NCBI GenBank assembly: GCA_964574885.1
Contig: CAZNQT010000001.1
Coordinates: 1-33,842, forward strand
DNA from: an uncultured Pirellulales bacterium
GTDB taxonomy: Bacteria > Planctomycetota > Phycisphaerae > Sedimentisphaerales > SM23-30
Length of the DNA stretch: 33,842 nucleotides
Direction of reading: 5' to 3'
Shown: positions 27,102-32,366 of the stretch, one piece after another
How the letters are laid out: the number at the start of each line of letters is the position of its first letter
Position numbering within the stretch: the first letter of the stretch is position 1
Made by a program: the position numbers and the translations under genes
The notes under the pieces: generated by a model
Seen by the model: the letters and a program-made list of their open reading frames with translations, nothing else
Told to the model about the DNA's origin: nothing
Database searches by the model: none

Positions 27102-27926
27102 ATGGTAAAAAAGTTTTTTCTAGTGTCTGCGTTTTTGTCGCTGCTTTTGTTTAGTGGGTTTGCAATTGCTGCGCCGGTACCGGTCTGGCAGAACACCCTG
27201 GAAAATGATGCTACGAGTACGGTCGATGGCGGTGAAATTGTAAACCCGCCTTCGAGCTACGTTCCCGGTTCGCAGGGGAATGCATTTGCCGGCAACGACA
27301 GCGTCTATGTCCAATGGGACAACACCGATGTCGCTAACATCTTTGACGGCGTCTGGAACAACGCCCTTGGCTCTACGGTCGATTTGTACTTCCGCGGCGA
27401 CCACTGGGACACCCATTCCGATGATTCGGGACTATGGTCGGTGGTGGACCGACTCGGCGGCGATCCGGATGGTTATTTCATCTTGTCAGTGCGTGACGGA
27501 AGCTTGCGTTTTCCGTATAAAGATTCCTATTCCGGTTTAAGTGAGGCTCCTCACCTGACCGGTATCACACTGGCTAACGATACCACGTATCGCTTGACCG
27601 TACGTCAACTTGGCGCCAACTTTGAGGTGTATCTGGACGGCGGTGCCTACAGCAACGGTTCCCCTGTCTTTTCAGAGAGCGACTGGCCCCAAACTATATC
27701 TTTCCCGGAATATAATGACGGGTCTAATAGCGGCGGCCGTGAGATGAATGTAGGCAACCGCAGCAGTTTTTTCGGCGGCGCCCTTCAGAGCGGAGAATGG
27801 GTGGACAGCATTCGAGTTTTCAATGGGTACTATACGCCGGCGGAGATAGGTGAGATTCCGGAACCCTGTTCGCTGCTGTTGCTTTCGATGGGTGCCCTGC
27901 CGCTACTGCGGCGTAAACGCGGGTAA
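27102..27926 (+). CDS. LamG-like lectin-domain protein, paralogue 3, with a PEP-CTERM sorting tail
   Basis: Signal peptide MVKKFFLVSAFLSLLLFSGFAIA. Same LamG-like domain as paralogues 1 and 2. After YNGYYTPAEI it runs directly into PEP-CTERM. Confidence 0.85.
   Translation: MVKKFFLVSAFLSLLLFSGFAIAAPVPVWQNTLENDATSTVDGGEIVNPPSSYVPGSQGNAFAGNDSVYVQWDNTDVANIFDGVWNNALGSTVDLYFRGDHWDTHSDDSGLWSVVDRLGGDPDGYFILSVRDGSLRFPYKDSYSGLSEAPHLTGITLANDTTYRLTVRQLGANFEVYLDGGAYSNGSPVFSESDWPQTISFPEYNDGSNSGGREMNVGNRSSFFGGALQSGEWVDSIRVFNGYYTPAEIGEIPEPCSLLLLSMGALPLLRRKRG
27855..27923 (+). other. PEP-CTERM sorting signal
   Basis: IPEPCSLLLLSMGALPLLRRKRG-stop: a PEP motif, a hydrophobic span and a basic cluster. Confidence 0.85.
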
Positions 27927-27985
27927 GTAGAAAGTGAAAAGAGACTTAAGTTTCTGAATTGGGGCTACATGACCAAAAAACGCAG

Positions 27986-28026
27986 GAGCCCCGGATTGCG
28001 GTACCGCATGATGGGGCTCTTTTCTC
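27986..28026 (+). terminator. probable Rho-independent terminator after paralogue 3
   Basis: GAGCCCC (27986-27992) pairs with GGGGCTC (28013-28019). The 20-nt loop contains the palindrome GCGGTACCGC. TTTTCTC follows. This is the only convincing hairpin plus T-tract between the sigma gene and paralogue 4. Confidence 0.55.
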
Positions 28027-28112
28027 TGGAAAAGAAGAGTGACGAAACCTGAATGACGAAACAATAAATCCTTAATCCCGGGATTCGATTTTATGACAAG
28101 GAGAAAGAAGAA

Positions 28113-31100
28113 ATGCGCAAGAAGCAGCGAATGGTTGTTTGCCTGGTGGCGCTACTATCCTTTTATAGCTGTTCCCTCGACGGCGTTCAGGGAGCGCCCG
28201 ATCCGATCTGGCACTGCAGCCTGGATAATCTGGATTCGATTACCATTGATGGCGGCGCGATTGTGGATGGATCGGCGAGTTTCGTACCCGGCGCCATCGA
28301 TAACGCCTTTGCCGGCAACGGCAACGTCTATGCGAGTTGGGATAACACGGAAGTTGAGAACATTTTCGGCAGTTGGAACAACAGCCTGGGATCTACAGTA
28401 GATCTATACTTTCACGGCGATCACTGGGATGCCCATTCCGGTGATTCAGGTTTCTGGTCGGTGGTGGATAGGCTTGATGGTAATGACGGGTATTTCATTC
28501 TGTCAGTGCGCGACGGGAGTTTACGTTTTCCATACAAGGATTCTTATACGAATTATAATCAAGCTCCCCATCTGACCGGCATCCCACTGGCCAACAATGT
28601 CACGTATCGCCTGACGGTGCGCCAACTCAATAACAACTTTGAGGTGTATCTCGACGGCGGCGCCTACAGCAACAGTTCTCCTGTATATTCCGATAACACC
28701 TGGAGCCAGACTATTTCATTCCCGGAATATAATGGCGGCAGTGGTAGTAGCGGACGCCATATGAATGTCGGCAATCGCAGCGTATGGTTCGACGGTACGC
28801 TCCAGAGCGGCGAATGGGTGGACCATATTCGGGTCTATAACGGGTATTACACGCCGGCGGAGTTGGGTGATCCGCGCGGTGATGAAGACTGCCCCATAAG
28901 CGATATGGATGATGATTGCGATGTCGATATGTTGGACTTGCAGATTGTTCTCAAGCAGTGGTTGAATGTGGACTTTCCCACGCAAGGACTGGTCGCACAT
29001 TGGAAGTTGGATGGCGATTCGTACGACAGCACCGGTAACCATGACGGTATAATCTATGGCAATCCGATCTGGGATCCGAATGGTTATATCGACGGCGCCC
29101 TGAGCCTGGATGGTGACGGAGACTATATCGATGTGAGCAATCCCTCTTCTTTAAAGCCCAACTTGCCGATTACCCTGGCCGCCTGGATCAAACTTGCAGA
29201 ACTGGGTGATTATCAGGTTATTATCAACCTTGATGAAAAAGACAATGATTACTCCACTCGATTTTATGGTGCTGTTCTGTTTGTGTGGAATACAGGACAG
29301 TTGGTCGCTTCTTTCGGTGACGGACAACCAAACTACAGCAGTCGATATAAGATGGGCACAACGATATTGCAGACGCATACCTGGAATCATGTGGCGGCGG
29401 TAATCCGGGGCGCGAATGACTTCAACCTGTATATTGACGGTCATGATGATGGGGGTGAGTATGGCGGTGATGGTGGGGCGATGGTGTATTCCGATGGAAA
29501 CTCCCAGATCGGCTCTCGTAACGGCACGGCTTTATTTCTGCATGGTGATATCGACGATGCTCGAATTTATGATCGGGCCTTACGCTCCGACGAGGTCGGG
29601 ATTTTGGCGAATGAGGCGGATCTTAACAAAGACGGCAGTGTGAATCTGGACGACTTTACCATTCTGGCTGCGGAATGGCTATTCGGAACGCAAGTGTCCA
29701 TAACCCGGCAACCAGAGAACCTGACTCTATATGAAGGAAATACAGCTACTTTCACTGTGTCTGCGGAAAGCGCTGAACCCATCAGCTATCAATGGCAGAA
29801 GAACACCGTTGACTTGAACGACGGCGGCGACATTTCTGGTGTTACAACCGACACGCTGCAAATTACAAATACGGAAACCTCCGATGAAGGCCAATATCGC
29901 TGCGTGGTAAGTAATATTTTTAATTCGGTCATCTCGGACGAAGCCACTTTGACAGTTACTTTCGGGGTGCCGGTCGGCCGTCAAACCCTTTATGATGCGA
30001 CAACCAATCGCCGTTATATCCTCTATGTACCGATGGATTACAATCCTCCCCAAAAGCTTTATCCGCTGATTATCAGTTCCCACGGCACCAGCCAGAACGG
30101 CGATACCGAGATGGACTCGACCGGCCCCAACAGCGGCTACGACCGAGGCACGCCCACCTGGCCCACCCTGGCCGAGGATAACGACGTAATTGTCGCCTGC
30201 CCCGACATGACCGGAGCGTACGGTGAAAGCGGCTGCGCGGTCAGTTCCACGCATCTAAGCCAACTGGCCTCCGATGATACCGCCATAATGGCCATTATCA
30301 ACGATATTGAAGCCACCTATGATATCGACACAAACAAAATAATGTTGACCGGCTTCTCCGGCGGCGGGAACGTGGTACACTATGTAGGGCTCCGTCATCC
30401 GGATGTATTTAACGCCATCTGTGCCCGACACGGCAACTTCCATGAAGATGAGACGCCCAGTCCACTGCCGAATGGTGCGGTCGATACGGATGTATATATT
30501 TTCACCGGCACTAATGACGGCGTCTGCGGAACAAATGAGGCTATCGCTTGGTACACGGCACAAGGATTTAATTATCTGGACACGGATTACTTCAGCACCT
30601 ATCCAAGCAGCGAACATACCACGGACAGACACCATGCGTTGAACTGGTTTCTGAATTTGAATCTGGAAGTAAGCGCTAACGGCCACTACGTAAGATATCA
30701 TGGCCAGAATCTATTACTAATCGGCGACAGCGGCACCCAATGCGCAACCCAGAACAGCAATTTGGACTACCGCCAGTGGATAGATGACTGTGCGGCTCGT
30801 GGCATCAAAGCAATTCACGTTTGGTCGTTCATGGGTGCCCGCCAGAAACAAGATGGCTCGGTCATCGAAAGCCGTTGGGGATACGTATATCCGTGTGTGA
30901 CGCCCTGGGCAAGGCATACTTCAGGGCCGTTGGCCAACGATCAGCTCTATCAGTGGGATTTGCAATCCTTAGATGAAGGTCCGGATGGAGATCTCACCCA
31001 CTACTGGCCTCGCATGCGCGATATGTGTCAATACGCCAAAAGTAAGGGAGTCCTGGTCGGTTATACGATGTTTACCGGTTGGATCAAAGGCAATAGCAAC

Positions 31101-32027
31101 GCCTGGCCATATCACCCGTTTAATGTCGCCAACGGAGGCCATCTGACGACGTATCCGGATGCCGGTGTGACCATCGAGTCGCCCGGTACGGAGGTCTGGC
31201 AGGAAATCTACTCCGACGCCTGGTCGAACGCCAAGAAGACTCAGTGGATATGGGAACAGTTTTCCCTTAAGGCAATCAACGAACTTGGTTCGATTGGTAA
31301 TGTGTTTTTTGTATTTTTTGATGAGCATTCCTATACGGAAGGCAATATGGGCGATCATTTCCGGGACTTCTTCCGCAGCCGCGGCCAGGTATGGATGGAT
31401 TGGAACGCCCGCCGCAGCACCATCGATTGGGTCATGAGCGGCACGTTCGGCGGAGACGATAAAAACTCCAACGCCGTCTCGGGCTTTAACGGCAGTCCTG
31501 CACGACCGTACTTCTTCCTGGAAGGAGAACCTTATATGGGAGACGGCGTGCGTACCGCAATTTGGACTTTCACAATTGGCGGCGGAAACTACTTCTTCCA
31601 CGCCGACGCTGGTCAAGAAACTGTGACTACGGGCATTATGGTGTACGATCCCAGTTCAACGCCGCCGGGACAGAAGGACAAAGTCCTGGAACGGCTTTCG
31701 TGGCTCGGTCACGCCAGCACGTTTTTCAATCAGTATGTGGACGATCTGGACTCGCTCTCACCTGCCAACGGACTGACGAGCAGTACTCCTGGAGTATATT
31801 GTCTGGCCGATAACGGCAGGGAATATGTGGTTTATTCCAAGATCGGCGCGGCGGTAAACTTTACCGTCAATCTCAGCGCCGCTGCCGGTAAAACTCTAAA
31901 CTGCCGGTTCTATAATCCTCAGAACGGCGTATTCAACTCGACCTTCCAGCGCAGCGGCGGAAACAGCGCCGAATCGTTCTCCAAACCGGATTCCAATGAC
32001 TGGGTGCTTCACATCGTGGAAAATTAA
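28113..32027 (+). CDS. 1304-aa secreted chimera: LamG-like paralogue domain 4, dockerin-like repeat, Laminin_G_3 domain, dockerin-like repeat, Ig I-set domain, alpha/beta-hydrolase esterase (CE1/PHB-depolymerase-like), TIM-barrel-like glycosidase-like domain, beta-sandwich
   Basis: RBS AAGGAGA lies 8 nt upstream. Laminin_G_3: LVAHWKLDGDSYDSTGNHDG...GALSLDGDGDYI...WNHVAAV...LYIDG...GDIDDARIYDRAL. Ig: ITRQPENLTLYEGNTATFTV...YQWQKN...DEGQYRCVVSN. Esterase: YILYVPMDYNP...LIISSHG...IMLTGFSGGG (nucleophile elbow). C-terminus: NLLLIGDSGTQ...GIKAIHVW...WPYHPFNVANGGH...FFDEHSYTEG...GVYCLADNGREYVVYSK. Confidence 0.8.
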   Translation: MRKKQRMVVCLVALLSFYSCSLDGVQGAPDPIWHCSLDNLDSITIDGGAIVDGSASFVPGAIDNAFAGNGNVYASWDNTEVENIFGSWNNSLGSTVDLYFHGDHWDAHSGDSGFWSVVDRLDGNDGYFILSVRDGSLRFPYKDSYTNYNQAPHLTGIPLANNVTYRLTVRQLNNNFEVYLDGGAYSNSSPVYSDNTWSQTISFPEYNGGSGSSGRHMNVGNRSVWFDGTLQSGEWVDHIRVYNGYYTPAELGDPRGDEDCPISDMDDDCDVDMLDLQIVLKQWLNVDFPTQGLVAHWKLDGDSYDSTGNHDGIIYGNPIWDPNGYIDGALSLDGDGDYIDVSNPSSLKPNLPITLAAWIKLAELGDYQVIINLDEKDNDYSTRFYGAVLFVWNTGQLVASFGDGQPNYSSRYKMGTTILQTHTWNHVAAVIRGANDFNLYIDGHDDGGEYGGDGGAMVYSDGNSQIGSRNGTALFLHGDIDDARIYDRALRSDEVGILANEADLNKDGSVNLDDFTILAAEWLFGTQVSITRQPENLTLYEGNTATFTVSAESAEPISYQWQKNTVDLNDGGDISGVTTDTLQITNTETSDEGQYRCVVSNIFNSVISDEATLTVTFGVPVGRQTLYDATTNRRYILYVPMDYNPPQKLYPLIISSHGTSQNGDTEMDSTGPNSGYDRGTPTWPTLAEDNDVIVACPDMTGAYGESGCAVSSTHLSQLASDDTAIMAIINDIEATYDIDTNKIMLTGFSGGGNVVHYVGLRHPDVFNAICARHGNFHEDETPSPLPNGAVDTDVYIFTGTNDGVCGTNEAIAWYTAQGFNYLDTDYFSTYPSSEHTTDRHHALNWFLNLNLEVSANGHYVRYHGQNLLLIGDSGTQCATQNSNLDYRQWIDDCAARGIKAIHVWSFMGARQKQDGSVIESRWGYVYPCVTPWARHTSGPLANDQLYQWDLQSLDEGPDGDLTHYWPRMRDMCQYAKSKGVLVGYTMFTGWIKGNSNAWPYHPFNVANGGHLTTYPDAGVTIESPGTEVWQEIYSDAWSNAKKTQWIWEQFSLKAINELGSIGNVFFVFFDEHSYTEGNMGDHFRDFFRSRGQVWMDWNARRSTIDWVMSGTFGGDDKNSNAVSGFNGSPARPYFFLEGEPYMGDGVRTAIWTFTIGGGNYFFHADAGQETVTTGIMVYDPSSTPPGQKDKVLERLSWLGHASTFFNQYVDDLDSLSPANGLTSSTPGVYCLADNGREYVVYSKIGAAVNFTVNLSAAAGKTLNCRFYNPQNGVFNSTFQRSGGNSAESFSKPDSNDWVLHIVEN
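28902..28970 (+). other. internal dockerin-like repeat 1 of the chimera
   Basis: DMDDDCDVDMLDLQIVLKQWLNV, preceded by EDCPIS. It keeps the first two Cys but lacks the terminal C..CP. Confidence 0.6.
29619..29687 (+). other. internal dockerin-like repeat 2 of the chimera
   Basis: DLNKDGSVNLDDFTILAAEWLFG: a canonical DxNxDGxxxxxD Ca-loop plus helix, with no Cys. Confidence 0.6.
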
Positions 32028-32366
32028 ATTGTTATGAGGATGATTATGCGGTGGTACTTGAGGTGCTAAACGGATGGCGGACACTCGGGGAGTAGGTATA
32101 ATGCCATCCCACGAAAGCTCTATCCTTCATTTTAACTGCCAAAACCGCTTTTCTTAAGATAATACATGGCGTCGCTTCAATTCGATGGTCACCTCTTTGG
32201 CAAGACAGGTAAAATGGTTGACTATTGTAAATAAAGGACTTATAATAACGACGTCGAATTTTTAATGCACAAAGATGCAGGCTCATTGCAATTTCTATAA
32301 CAATTTTAGCGGTTTGGACTGATCCAGAGTTTAGATGAATTTTGACATAGGACGGATTGTTCGTCA

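Noticed and set aside
28113-28180. Lipoprotein call for the chimera based on Cys in LLSFYSC
   Set aside because: Positions -3 to -1 (F-Y-S) do not fit the lipobox consensus [LVI][ASTVI][GAS]C. I treat it as an ordinary signal peptide, probably cleaved near VQGA.
28093-28401. 102-aa ORF starting 20 nt upstream of the chimera gene in another frame
   Set aside because: It overlaps the strongly supported 28113 ORF, whose RBS is well placed and whose product aligns with the three upstream paralogues. The alternative frame is an Arg/Trp-rich artefact.
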